A stretch of 64,000 bases of DNA. Origin: Burkholderiales bacterium (GTDB lineage: Bacteria; Pseudomonadota; Gammaproteobacteria; Burkholderiales; Gallionellaceae). The stretch covers positions 30,366-94,365 of the forward strand of contig JBBRDZ010000001.1 in the NCBI GenBank assembly GCA_038203435.1, written 5' to 3'. The position numbers and the translations under genes are program-made. The notes beneath the pieces were generated by a model that was not told the origin of the DNA, did no database searches, and worked only from the letters and a program-made list of their open reading frames with translations. Within the stretch, counting starts at the first letter, position 1. The number at the start of each line of letters is the position of its first letter. Shown piece after piece: positions 42,964-54,000 of the stretch.

Positions 42964-43601
42964 CAGTCAAAAAAATATTAGTGGTGGATGATGAGATCGG
43001 CATCCGCGAATTGCTTTCGGAAATCCTGTTCGATGAAGGATATGAAGTCGTTCTGGCCGAGAATGCCGAACAGGCACGCAACTACCGGAAAGAGCACGAA
43101 CCGGATCTGGTGTTGCTCGATATCTGGATGCCGGACATCGACGGTATCACCCTGCTCAAGGAATGGGGAGAACAGGAATTGCTGACCATGCCGGTCGTGA
43201 TGATGTCCGGTCATGGCACGATAGAAACGGCGGTGGAAGCGACCCGCATCGGCGCGGCCGATTTTCTGGAAAAACCGATCGCGCTGCAAAAGCTGCTGGA
43301 CACGATCGCCAAAGCCCTGCGGGAGAATGCGCCCAAGCCGCAGAATCCGGCTGTCGAGCCGCACAACGCCGGATTGGCCACCAGCATCGATGGGCAAACG
43401 CTGCAATTTTCCCTGCCGCTGGACCTGCCATTGCGCGAGGCGCGCGATCATTTTGACGCGCTGTACTTTGATTACCATTTACGCAAGGAAGTCGGAAACG
43501 TCGCGCGGGTGGCGGACAAAGTCGGGCTAGAGCGCACCCATCTGTACCGAAAACTCAAGCAGCTGGGTATCAAATTCATCAAAAAGGGGGCTCCGGACTA
43601 A
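42960..43601 (+). CDS. NtrX-like response regulator (REC plus Fis-type HTH, no AAA+ domain)
   Basis: LLDIWMPD, FLEKP, GLERTHLYRKL; 213 aa only. Confidence 0.92.
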   Translation: MTVKKILVVDDEIGIRELLSEILFDEGYEVVLAENAEQARNYRKEHEPDLVLLDIWMPDIDGITLLKEWGEQELLTMPVVMMSGHGTIETAVEATRIGAADFLEKPIALQKLLDTIAKALRENAPKPQNPAVEPHNAGLATSIDGQTLQFSLPLDLPLREARDHFDALYFDYHLRKEVGNVARVADKVGLERTHLYRKLKQLGIKFIKKGAPD

Positions 43602-43767
43602 TTCAGTCGGATATAGCTGGCTGGGACTGCTTTGCGGTTGCCCAAATTCGAGGTGTACGGCATAATTGCCGGCCCAAACCAACACAGCGCATCTGCAGCT
43701 TTCCACTTTTTCGGGTGCGCATCACAGATAACCAATCCCGCAGGGATGAATTAAGAGGTAATAGTAA

Positions 43768-45783
43768 ATGTCCGGAACGCGTAGCATCACCCCACCAAAA
43801 TTCAATGACATCACCGGCGCGATACGTGCCCTGGCCATGGATGCAGTGCAAAAGGCCGGTTCCGGACACCCCGGCGCGCCGATGGGCATGGCGGAGATCG
43901 CCGAGGTGCTGTGGAACCAACACCTGCGCCATAATCCGGCCAACCCCAAGTGGGCAGACCGGGATCGCTTCGTGCTGTCCAACGGCCATGGCTCGATGCT
44001 GATCTATGCGCTGCTGCATCTGTCTGGCTACGATTTGCCGATTGAAGAATTGAAACGTTTCCGCCAGTTGCATTCCAAGACACCCGGACACCCCGAATAC
44101 GGCTATACCGCCGGTGTGGAAACCACCACGGGCCCGCTCGGACAAGGCATCACCAATGCGGTGGGCATGGCGATGGCAGAGAAGTTGTTGGCCAATGAAT
44201 TCAATAAACCGGGTCACGAGATCGTCAACCACCATACTTACGTGTTCATGGGCGACGGTTGCATGATGGAAGGGATATCCCACGAGTCGTGCGCATTGGC
44301 CGGCACCTGGGGCTTGGGCAAGCTGATCGCGTTCTGGGACGACAACGATATTTCCATCGACGGTCATGTCGGCGCATGGTTCACCGATAACACCCCCAAG
44401 CGTTTCGAAGCATACGGCTGGCATGTCATCGCCGACGTGCAGGGTCATGACCCCAAAGCCCTCAATGCCGCCATCGAAGCAGCCAAGGCCGTGACTGACA
44501 AGCCCACGCTGATCTGCTGCAAGACCATCATCGGTGCCGGTTCGCCGAACAAGGAAGGCACCCACGACGTGCACGGTGCGGCACTGGGCGATGCGGAGAT
44601 CGCCGCTACACGCGCGCACATCGGCTGGAATTACCCGCCGTTCGAGATCCCCAAGCATGTCTATGAAGCCTGGGATGCGCGTACCAAAGGTGCCGGGCAT
44701 GAAAACCTGTGGAACAACAAGTTCGCCGAATACAAAAAATCCTTCCCGAAAGAAGCCGCCGAGTTTGTGCGTCGTACCAAGGGTGATCTGCCCGCCAACT
44801 GGGTGGAGCACGCTGCCAAGGCGATCGCGCAGATCAACGAAAAAGGCGAAACCATCGCCACCCGCAAGGCATCGCAGAACGCTATAAACGCACTGGTTCC
44901 GGCCTTGCCCGAGTTCCTTGGCGGCTCTGCCGACCTGACCGGTTCGAATCTGACCAACTGGACCGGCGCGCATCACGTGAATGGCGCCAAGCCGGGTAAT
45001 TACATCAGCTATGGTGTGCGCGAATTCGGCATGTCCGCGATCATGAACGGCATGGCGCTACATGGCGGGCTGCTGCCTTTCGGCGGCACTTTCCTGATGT
45101 TCTCGGAATATGCGCGCAATGCGCTGCGCATGGCGGCACTGATGAAACAGCGCGTGATCTTTGTTTATACCCACGACTCCATCGGTCTGGGTGAAGACGG
45201 CCCGACGCACCAGCCGGTAGAACAAACCGCCACGTTGCGCTACATCCCCAATATGGAAGTATGGCGTCCGTGCGACACGGTCGAATCAGTCGTGTCCTGG
45301 GTGGCGGCCGTGGAACGCAAGGATGGCCCGAGCAGCCTGATATTCAGCCGCCAGAACCTGGCCTTCCAGAAACGCGACGCGGTACAGATCGCCAATATCC
45401 GCAAGGGTGCCTATGTGTTGTCCGAAGCAGCAGGCGGCAAACCAAAAGCGTTGATCATCGCCACCGGTTCCGAAGTGGACCTGGCCATGAAGGCGCAAGC
45501 GGCATTGGCTGCAGAAGGCATTAACGTGCGCGTGGTGTCGATGCCGTCCACCAATGTTTTCGACAAGCAGGACCGTGCTTACCAGGACAGCGTGTTGCCC
45601 AAGGGCGTGAAGCGCGTTGCGGTTGAAGCCGGTGTGACCGGTGGCTGGTATAAATATGTGGGGCTGGACGGTGCGGTGGTAGGCATGGACAGCTTTGGCG
45701 AATCTGCACCCGCACCGGAACTGTTCAAGCACTTTGGATTCACCGCAGAGCATGTGGTGAAGGCCGTGAAGTCCGTGCTGTAA
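43768..45783 (+). CDS. tkt: Transketolase
   Basis: [25 protein letters not shown]. Confidence 0.99.
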   Translation: MSGTRSITPPKFNDITGAIRALAMDAVQKAGSGHPGAPMGMAEIAEVLWNQHLRHNPANPKWADRDRFVLSNGHGSMLIYALLHLSGYDLPIEELKRFRQLHSKTPGHPEYGYTAGVETTTGPLGQGITNAVGMAMAEKLLANEFNKPGHEIVNHHTYVFMGDGCMMEGISHESCALAGTWGLGKLIAFWDDNDISIDGHVGAWFTDNTPKRFEAYGWHVIADVQGHDPKALNAAIEAAKAVTDKPTLICCKTIIGAGSPNKEGTHDVHGAALGDAEIAATRAHIGWNYPPFEIPKHVYEAWDARTKGAGHENLWNNKFAEYKKSFPKEAAEFVRRTKGDLPANWVEHAAKAIAQINEKGETIATRKASQNAINALVPALPEFLGGSADLTGSNLTNWTGAHHVNGAKPGNYISYGVREFGMSAIMNGMALHGGLLPFGGTFLMFSEYARNALRMAALMKQRVIFVYTHDSIGLGEDGPTHQPVEQTATLRYIPNMEVWRPCDTVESVVSWVAAVERKDGPSSLIFSRQNLAFQKRDAVQIANIRKGAYVLSEAAGGKPKALIIATGSEVDLAMKAQAALAAEGINVRVVSMPSTNVFDKQDRAYQDSVLPKGVKRVAVEAGVTGGWYKYVGLDGAVVGMDSFGESAPAPELFKHFGFTAEHVVKAVKSVL

Positions 45784-45803
45784 AAATTTATTTTTAAATC
45801 TAA

Positions 45804-46817
<1,014 letters not shown>

Positions 46818-46820
46818 AAT

Positions 46821-46961
46821 GAAGGGTGGGCAAATGGTTTTATTGATGTAACTACTAGCCATTCCACTAAGCACGATAAGACATGCGCTAAGTGGCTGGT
46901 TAAGCCCACGCGTTTCATTCCATGTTCATACCGCGTGGGCACAACAGCGTGCCCAGCCTAC
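46821..46961. repeat. GTAG-type REP doublet with a nested palindromic insert
   Basis: AGGGTGGGCA...GCCCACGCG and CGCGTGGGCAC-AACAGC-GTGCCCAGCCTAC; inner hairpin at 46854-46902. Confidence 0.6.
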
Positions 46962-46976
46962 AATCAGGAGAAATAA

Positions 46977-48173
46977 ATGTCCGTTATTAAATTGACCGAT
47001 CTGGATCTCAGGGGTAAACGCGTCCTGATCCGTTCGGATCTGAATGTCCCGGTCAAGGATGGCAAAGTGACTTCCGATGCGCGCATCTCCGCCTCGATGG
47101 CGACCATCGATTATGCGATCAAGGCCGGTGCGCGCGTGATGGTGACTTCCCACCTGGGTCGTCCCGAAGAAGGCGTCTACTCGGAAGAGAATTCACTCAA
47201 GCCGGTGGCCAATGTCATCGCCAACAAGCTGGGCAAGCCGGTACGCCTGATCAAGGACTGGATGAACGGTGGGTTCAACGTGGCCGAGGGCGAGCTGGTG
47301 TTGCTGGAGAATTGCCGTTTCAACAAAGGCGAGAAAAAAAACCTGGAAGAAACCGCGCGGAAATATGCCGCGTTGTGCGACGTGTTCGCGATGGATGCGT
47401 TCGGCACGGCGCATCGCGCCGAAGCCTCGACGCACGGTGTAGCGAAGTATGCGCCGGTCGCCGCCGCCGGTATCTTGTTGACTCAGGAACTGGAAGCGTT
47501 GACCAAGGCCCTTCTCGCGCCGGCCCGCCCGATGGTGGCCATCGTCGGCGGCTCCAAGGTTTCGACCAAGCTGACCGTGCTGGAAAGTCTGTCGGATAAG
47601 GTCGACCAACTGGTAGTCGGCGGCGGCATCGCCAATACATTTCTGAAAGCGACCGGTCATCCGATCGGCAAGTCGCTGTGCGAAAACGATCTGGTGCCCA
47701 CCGCGCAGGCTTTACTGGAAAAAATGACCGCGCGCGGCGCGAGCATCCCGATCGCGAGTGATGTCGTGGTAGGCAAGCAACCGCCGTTTGTCGCGGGCAA
47801 TGAAAACACCCCGGCGCTGCTGAAATCTGCGAATGATGTGGCGGACGACGAGATGATCTTCGACATTGGCCCGCAGTCTGCGCAGGAAATCGCCGATATC
47901 ATCATGAAGGCCGGCACTGTGGTGTGGAACGGACCGGTGGGGGTTTTCGAATTCGACCAGTTCGGCGAAGGCACCAAAAAGATCGCGATGGCGATAGCCG
48001 AAACCCAGGCATTCACGCTGGCCGGCGGGGGCGATACTATCGCCGCGATCCAGAAATATGACATTTTCGATAAAGTATCTTACATCTCCACGGCTGGTGG
48101 TGCGTTTCTGGAGTTCCTCGAAGGCAAGACATTGCCGGCGGTGGAAATTCTCGAACAGCGTGCCGGTCAATAA
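46977..48173 (+). CDS. pgk: Phosphoglycerate kinase
   Basis: [26 protein letters not shown]. Confidence 0.99.
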   Translation: MSVIKLTDLDLRGKRVLIRSDLNVPVKDGKVTSDARISASMATIDYAIKAGARVMVTSHLGRPEEGVYSEENSLKPVANVIANKLGKPVRLIKDWMNGGFNVAEGELVLLENCRFNKGEKKNLEETARKYAALCDVFAMDAFGTAHRAEASTHGVAKYAPVAAAGILLTQELEALTKALLAPARPMVAIVGGSKVSTKLTVLESLSDKVDQLVVGGGIANTFLKATGHPIGKSLCENDLVPTAQALLEKMTARGASIPIASDVVVGKQPPFVAGNENTPALLKSANDVADDEMIFDIGPQSAQEIADIIMKAGTVVWNGPVGVFEFDQFGEGTKKIAMAIAETQAFTLAGGGDTIAAIQKYDIFDKVSYISTAGGAFLEFLEGKTLPAVEILEQRAGQ

Positions 48174-48186
48174 AATTTAGGAAAAC

Positions 48187-49626
48187 ATGCTGCGTAGAAC
48201 CAAGATAGTTGCAACGCTGGGACCTGCTTCCAACGACAAAAAAGTACTGGAAAAAATGATACGCGCCGGGGTCGACCTGGTCAGGATGAATTTTTCTCAC
48301 GGCTCCGCGCAAGACCATGTGAAGCGCGCCGAGACCGTCCGTGCGGCGGCGGCGGCAGTGGGCCGCACCGTCGGCATCCTGGCTGACTTGCAGGGCCCGA
48401 AGATACGGGTGCGCAAGTTCGAGAACGACAAGATCATCCTGAACGACGGCGACACCTTCATACTCGATGCATCGTTCGACGGGCTGGGCAACCAGCAGCG
48501 AGTCGGTCTGGATTACAAGGACCTGCCCAAGGATGTGAAAAAAGGATCGGTGTTGCTGCTCAATGACGGGATGCTGGAATTTACCGTCACCCAGGTCGAC
48601 GGCGCGCAGGTGATCTGCAAGGTGGTGCGTGGCGGCGTGCTGTCCAACAACAAGGGCATCAACCGCAAGGGCGGCGGCCTGACCGCGCCGGCACTGACCG
48701 ACAAGGACAAGGAAGATATCAAGACCGCGGCGCTGATCAAAGCCGACTATCTGGCGGTTTCGTTCCCGCGCAGCGGCGATGATATGCGACTGGCGCGGGA
48801 GTTGATGCATGCAGCGGGCGGCAAGAGCCTGCTGATGGCCAAGATCGAACGCGCCGAAGCGATACCGGCATTGGCCGACATCATCGATGCCTCGGATGCG
48901 ATCATGGTTGCCCGCGGCGATCTGAGCGTGGAAGTGGGCGATGCCGCCGTGCCCGGTCTGCAGAAACGCATGATCAAGATGGCGCGATTGAAGAACCGAC
49001 TGGTGATCACCGCCACGCAGATGATGGAGTCGATGATCACCAACCCGATCCCGACCCGTGCCGAAGTGTCGGACGTGGCGAACGCGGTGCTGGACGGTAC
49101 CGATGCGGTGATGCTGTCGGCCGAGACTGCGGTGGGTGATTACCCGGTTGAAACCATCGAGGCGATGGCGCGGATATGTCTCAAGGCCGAGGTTGAAGAC
49201 GAGGACCATTCGGTATATCGTCGCCCGGCCACGCAAAAATTCACGCGCATCGACCAGTCGATCGCGATGTCGGCGCTGTTTGCCGCGTCGCATCTGAAGG
49301 TCAAAGCGATTGTCGCATTGACCCAGTCCGGTTCGACCGCGCTGTGGATGTCGCGCCTGAACGCGGGTGTGCCGATCTTTGCCTTGACTCCGGTACCGGA
49401 AACGCTGACCAAAGTGACCCTGTTCAGCGGGGTGCATCCGATCGAGTTTCATTCCAAGGCGAAACTGCAGTCTGAAGAGATGCATAACGCCGAAGCGGCG
49501 GTGCTGGCGCTGGGTTTGGTAAAGGAAGGCGATCTGGTGGTGATGACCATCGGCGAGGCGGTGGGCAAGGCAGGACATACCAATACCATGAAGATCGTGC
49601 GTATCGGTGACCATCGCAACGGCTGA
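48187..49626 (+). CDS. pyk: Pyruvate kinase
   Basis: RRTKIVATLGP, MVARGDL, PTRAEVSDVAN. Confidence 0.99.
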   Translation: MLRRTKIVATLGPASNDKKVLEKMIRAGVDLVRMNFSHGSAQDHVKRAETVRAAAAAVGRTVGILADLQGPKIRVRKFENDKIILNDGDTFILDASFDGLGNQQRVGLDYKDLPKDVKKGSVLLLNDGMLEFTVTQVDGAQVICKVVRGGVLSNNKGINRKGGGLTAPALTDKDKEDIKTAALIKADYLAVSFPRSGDDMRLARELMHAAGGKSLLMAKIERAEAIPALADIIDASDAIMVARGDLSVEVGDAAVPGLQKRMIKMARLKNRLVITATQMMESMITNPIPTRAEVSDVANAVLDGTDAVMLSAETAVGDYPVETIEAMARICLKAEVEDEDHSVYRRPATQKFTRIDQSIAMSALFAASHLKVKAIVALTQSGSTALWMSRLNAGVPIFALTPVPETLTKVTLFSGVHPIEFHSKAKLQSEEMHNAEAAVLALGLVKEGDLVVMTIGEAVGKAGHTNTMKIVRIGDHRNG

Positions 49627-49681
49627 TCACGGCCAATTCGCCGGGCGGGATGTTCATCGCATGACCCGGCGCGTATGATTT

Positions 49682-49713
49682 CGGGACTGCAGCAGGTGCG
49701 GTCCCGGCTTTTT
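49682..49713 (+). terminator. Hairpin/possible intrinsic terminator between pyk and fba
   Basis: CGGGACTGCA-GCAGG-TGCGGTCCCG followed by GCTTTTT; a second hairpin (CGCCGGG..CCCGGCG) lies just upstream. Confidence 0.55.
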
Positions 49714-49751
49714 GAAATCGGAATTTATATTTTTTTAATCAGGAGGAAAAC

Positions 49752-50816
49752 ATGGCTCTCGTATCTATGCGTCAACTACTCGATCACGCTGCTGAACACG
49801 GCTACGGCTTGCCCGCGTTCAACGTGAACAATCTGGAACAGGTAAAAGCCATCATGGAAGCCGCGGATGAAACCAACAGCCCGGTAATCATGCAGGGTTC
49901 CGCTGGTGCGCGCAAATATGCAGGTGAGGCGTTTCTGCGCCATCTGATTTCGGCCGCAGTGGAAGCTTATCCGCATATCCCGGTGGTGATGCATCAGGAT
50001 CACGGTGCCTCTCCCGCGGTGTGCATCAATGCGATCCGCAGCGGATTTTCCAGCGTAATGATGGACGGTTCGCTGATGGAAGATGCCAAGACACCCGCTT
50101 CGTTCGAGTACAACGTGGACGTAACCCGTCGCGTGGTCGAGATGTCGCACGCGGTGGGCGTTTCGGTGGAAGGTGAGTTGGGTTGCCTGGGTTCGCTGGA
50201 AAGCGGCATGGGCGAGAAGGAAGACGGCCACGGCGCGGAAGGCGTGTTGACCCACGACCAGCTGCTGACCGACCCGGAAGAAGCCGCGCAATTCGTGCGT
50301 CAGACCGGCGTGGACGCGCTGGCGATCGCGATCGGTACCTCGCACGGCGCCTACAAGTTCACCAAGCCGCCCACCGGCGACACCTTGGCGATCAGCCGCA
50401 TCAAGGAGATCCATGCGCGCATTCCCAATACCCATTTGGTGATGCACGGTTCATCTTCGGTGCCGCAGGAATGGCTGAAGATCATCAACGAGTTCGGCGG
50501 CCAGATGGGCCAGACCTACGGTGTGCCGGTGTCCGAGATCGTCGAAGGCATCAAGCATGGCGTGCGCAAAGTGAATATCGACACCGATCTGCGCATGGCA
50601 TCGAGCGGTTCGGTGCGCCGCTACCTGGCAGAAAATCCCAAGGATTTCGATCCGCGCAAATTCCTCGCGGTATCCACCAAGGCGATGAAGGACATCTGCA
50701 AGGCACGCTACGAAGCATTCGGTTCCGCCGGACAAGCCGGCAAGATCAAGCCGATCTCGCTGGATGCGATGGCGGTCCGTTATGCCAAGGGTGAACTGAA
50801 GGCAGTCGTGAAGTAA
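49752..50816 (+). CDS. fba: Class II fructose-bisphosphate aldolase (CbbA-like subtype)
   Basis: [27 protein letters not shown]. Confidence 0.98.
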   Translation: MALVSMRQLLDHAAEHGYGLPAFNVNNLEQVKAIMEAADETNSPVIMQGSAGARKYAGEAFLRHLISAAVEAYPHIPVVMHQDHGASPAVCINAIRSGFSSVMMDGSLMEDAKTPASFEYNVDVTRRVVEMSHAVGVSVEGELGCLGSLESGMGEKEDGHGAEGVLTHDQLLTDPEEAAQFVRQTGVDALAIAIGTSHGAYKFTKPPTGDTLAISRIKEIHARIPNTHLVMHGSSSVPQEWLKIINEFGGQMGQTYGVPVSEIVEGIKHGVRKVNIDTDLRMASSGSVRRYLAENPKDFDPRKFLAVSTKAMKDICKARYEAFGSAGQAGKIKPISLDAMAVRYAKGELKAVVK

Positions 50817-50836
50817 TTTGATTCACTGCTCAACCA

Positions 50837-50868
50837 ACAAAAAAGCGACCGGAAGGTCGCTTTTTTGT
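50837..50868. terminator. Bidirectional Rho-independent terminator
   Basis: ACAAAAAAGCGACC-GGAA-GGTCGCTTTTTTGT. Confidence 0.93.
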
Positions 50869-51016
50869 GTTCTGGTGTCGCGCTAACGATTCACTGTGGT
50901 CCGGATTTGATGATATGTAATCGCGCAACCGCGTTCATAAGGTACCGGCAATGCCCCGTAAAAATTCAGCGGCTGTCCGGGTATCGATGAACGGCATGCT
51001 GCCGCACCTTTGCACA

Positions 51017-54000
51017 TCACGGATTCAACTGGCGCCACAGTACCCGTTTCCCGATAAACCCGGACGGTGTACCCTTGATCAGGACATCGGTATTTACCGT
51101 CGGGGTCGGGTCGTTCGAGGTGACTGTCTCGATGACGGGTGCACCATTGATGTACAGGACGTTGATACCGACGATGGAGTTGGTATAACTCGCGGAAACG
51201 ATTCCGCTGCTGTCAACTGATCCGCCTGTCAGGTAATCGAAGAAGTTGAGCCAGCCACTACCACCGGGCGAACAGACGGTATTCGAAGGAACGATCGTGG
51301 CCACCAGCAGTGTTCCCTGCACCAGTTTACTTTCGATATTCGAGCGTTCCCCGGTGATAGGGAAATCGATGTACCAACCCCGGCCGTTGGTCCAATCCAC
51401 CGTGTTGCTGGATCCCGACCGGGTGCCGTTTCCGAGGTCAGTCATCGATTGCTGCACGAGCGTCAAGCTGTTTCTCGGGCTGCCTGCGGGATTGGTCAGC
51501 GTCACAGTCGCATTGTTATCCTTGATCGCGTATTCGCTTTGTACCTGGGTATTGGACAGGTCAGCCGTCTGCAGATATTGCCCGGTGCCGACGAAGACGA
51601 CACGCATGCCCTGGATCTTGCCAAGGACAGGCGAAGTGGTGACCGGCTGCGGGGTGCCAGAAGGATCCTGCAGGTTTGCCAGCAGGAACGGTGTACTTAC
51701 CGCGTTGATGTCAAAGCGCCACAGATTCCCGAGCAGGTCGCCGCCATAGACGTAGGTTGCCCGGTTGCTGGCAGAGGTATCGCTCCAGGCCGATATTTTG
51801 CTCAACCCGCCCGGGGTGGTAGTGGAACCCGCGCCGGTGCCGATCTTGCTGATCACTGCACCCGTGGCTGCATTCAGCACGTACAGGTATTCCAGACCGG
51901 TACCGGGGCTGGTGTTGTTGTATCCGGACGTCACCAATACCACCCAGGTGCCGTCCGCTTTTGCGGTGATCACGGGGTTGCCATAACTGTAGCCGACATC
52001 GCTGTCCGTGGCAGGCGTGAATTCCCACAACAATGTGGGGGAGTTCGGACTCGTCACGTCCAGAGCGTAATAGCCGCGCCCGCCGCCGTTCAGACCGCCC
52101 ACCAGTATCGTGCGCCAGACCGCAGCTGTGGGATCGGAATCCAGACAGTGTGCGGTGCACACATCCGAGATGATCGGGCTGCCGTTGATGAAGTTGGTAT
52201 GCAGGTTCGCATAGCCCTTGTCCGCCAGCTTCCACATGTTGGGGATCACCATGCTGGGCACGTAAGCCCAACGCTCGGTACCACCCGCTACGCTGCCTTC
52301 GGCCAAGGCTGAAAAGGCGTGCAGCATGCCGTCGTTGGTACCCATGAAGACCGTCCCTAGCCGGCTGGATTGTGCTGAGACAAAGCCGCTGTAACCCTTG
52401 TCGATGTAACTGAATACCGGTTTGCCGGAATAGACCGGTTGGGATTCCAGCGCATCTCCCAGCGTGGCTTCACGATAACGATACAACCTGTTATCGACAG
52501 AGCCGACCAGATTGACTGCACGATCCTCAAAACCGGTCTGGCCGCGCAGAAAACTGACCAGATTGGCGCCTTGTGCCGCAGTCTGTTGCGTCGTGGTAAG
52601 CAACGGCCATTGGCTGAGACCGCTGATATGCGCAGCGTTGAAGTTCGTCAAATTGGCGGCTGCATACGCGGCATTGGCTGTCGCATCGGTGCCCGAACCG
52701 AAGCTGATCAGCGCTGTGCCGGCCACGTTGGCGGTATATATCGTCCGGGTATCGCTGTTGGCGCCGATCATGCTGAGCATGGTGCCGGCGCAACCGGTTG
52801 CCATCGGCACACTGCAAGTGGACGTGGCGCTATCGAACACATCCGGGGAGATACACGTTCCCGCAGTCGAACCGGCAGTGACACATGAATATACGGTGCT
52901 GGAACCACTGGTATCGGCATTGATTGTCGCCGGCGCGGCGCAATCACCCTGTGCGATCGATTGCACGCACCAGCTGGCGGAGGGGCTGATCACGCCGGTG
53001 TTCACGTCGATGGTGCGCGCTTCCAGGTTGCCCTGCCATTTCACCGTGGTATAGCTGGCGACATAGGCATAGTTGTTACCGGCGACCGGGTTCAACGTAC
53101 TGGTTGCGGCGGCTGCGGAAGCGCCTTTGCGCGAAGCGATCGACGCCAGCGCGTTGGACAGGCCGGCGGACAGCGAAGTAGGGCTGGTAGCGCTGAAATA
53201 CTGGCCATGACCGTCGACCGCCGCATGCCACAGATCGTCGATGGTGCTGAGATCGCCGCCGCTGCCGGGATCGGGCCAGTTGCAGGTCGAGCCATCCGCC
53301 TTCCAGGAACAGATCGGCGGCGTGGCGGTGGAGCTGGCGGTGAGCCCCTTCCAGACGGAGTAATAATCCCCGACGCTATCGGTCAGATAGGAAGGCGAAT
53401 ATTGCATGTAACCGCTTGCGCCCAGTCCCAGCGTAAAGGTGGACATATGCTGCTGAGTCTGATTGTCCATATCGGTTTTGAACACGTTGTTCAGGCATAC
53501 ATCGACCCCCGCGGCGCCCGTGCAATTGCCCAATGCAGTTGTGCGCAGGTCGGTCTGGTAGTAATACATCGCCACGTCGGCCAGGTTGTCGGACGTTCCT
53601 CCCGTTCCGGTGGAACAGGTCACCGTCTGATACCCATTGCTGGCAGTCGGGGCTGCCGGCGTGCAGGAAGTGAGATTGTTTTGTACCGTGGTCGATGGCG
53701 TGCAGGTGGTTTGTATATAGTTCGGCGCGCCGCTGTTGCTGGCAGTACACGACGCGACCAGGGTCGGCGACTGTAACGGAATCAAATTGCACTGTGTTGC
53801 GGCGACGACGGTCGTGTTGTTGGGTGTGGCGGACTGGTTTGCTGTCGTGCAGCTCGCGGTAAAAGTGGCTGTTGTCCAGGCCGAGTAGGCGCAGGCGCTG
53901 TATATCCTGCCGTTCGAATCGGCATTGCTCAGCGTGTAAGTGGTACTGGTAACTGTAGCCGCACCAGTGAGCGTTGCAGGCCCGCCATTGGAGACGTGAT

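Noticed and set aside
42960-43601. Response regulator lacking the AAA+ domain, as a possible truncation
   Set aside because: The short REC-HTH form of the NtrX-like regulator in this synteny is already known in betaproteobacteria, and the ORF is intact
52140-52165. CTAHC in PilY1 as a possible heme-binding site
   Set aside because: Not a CxxCH motif; more likely a disulfide loop
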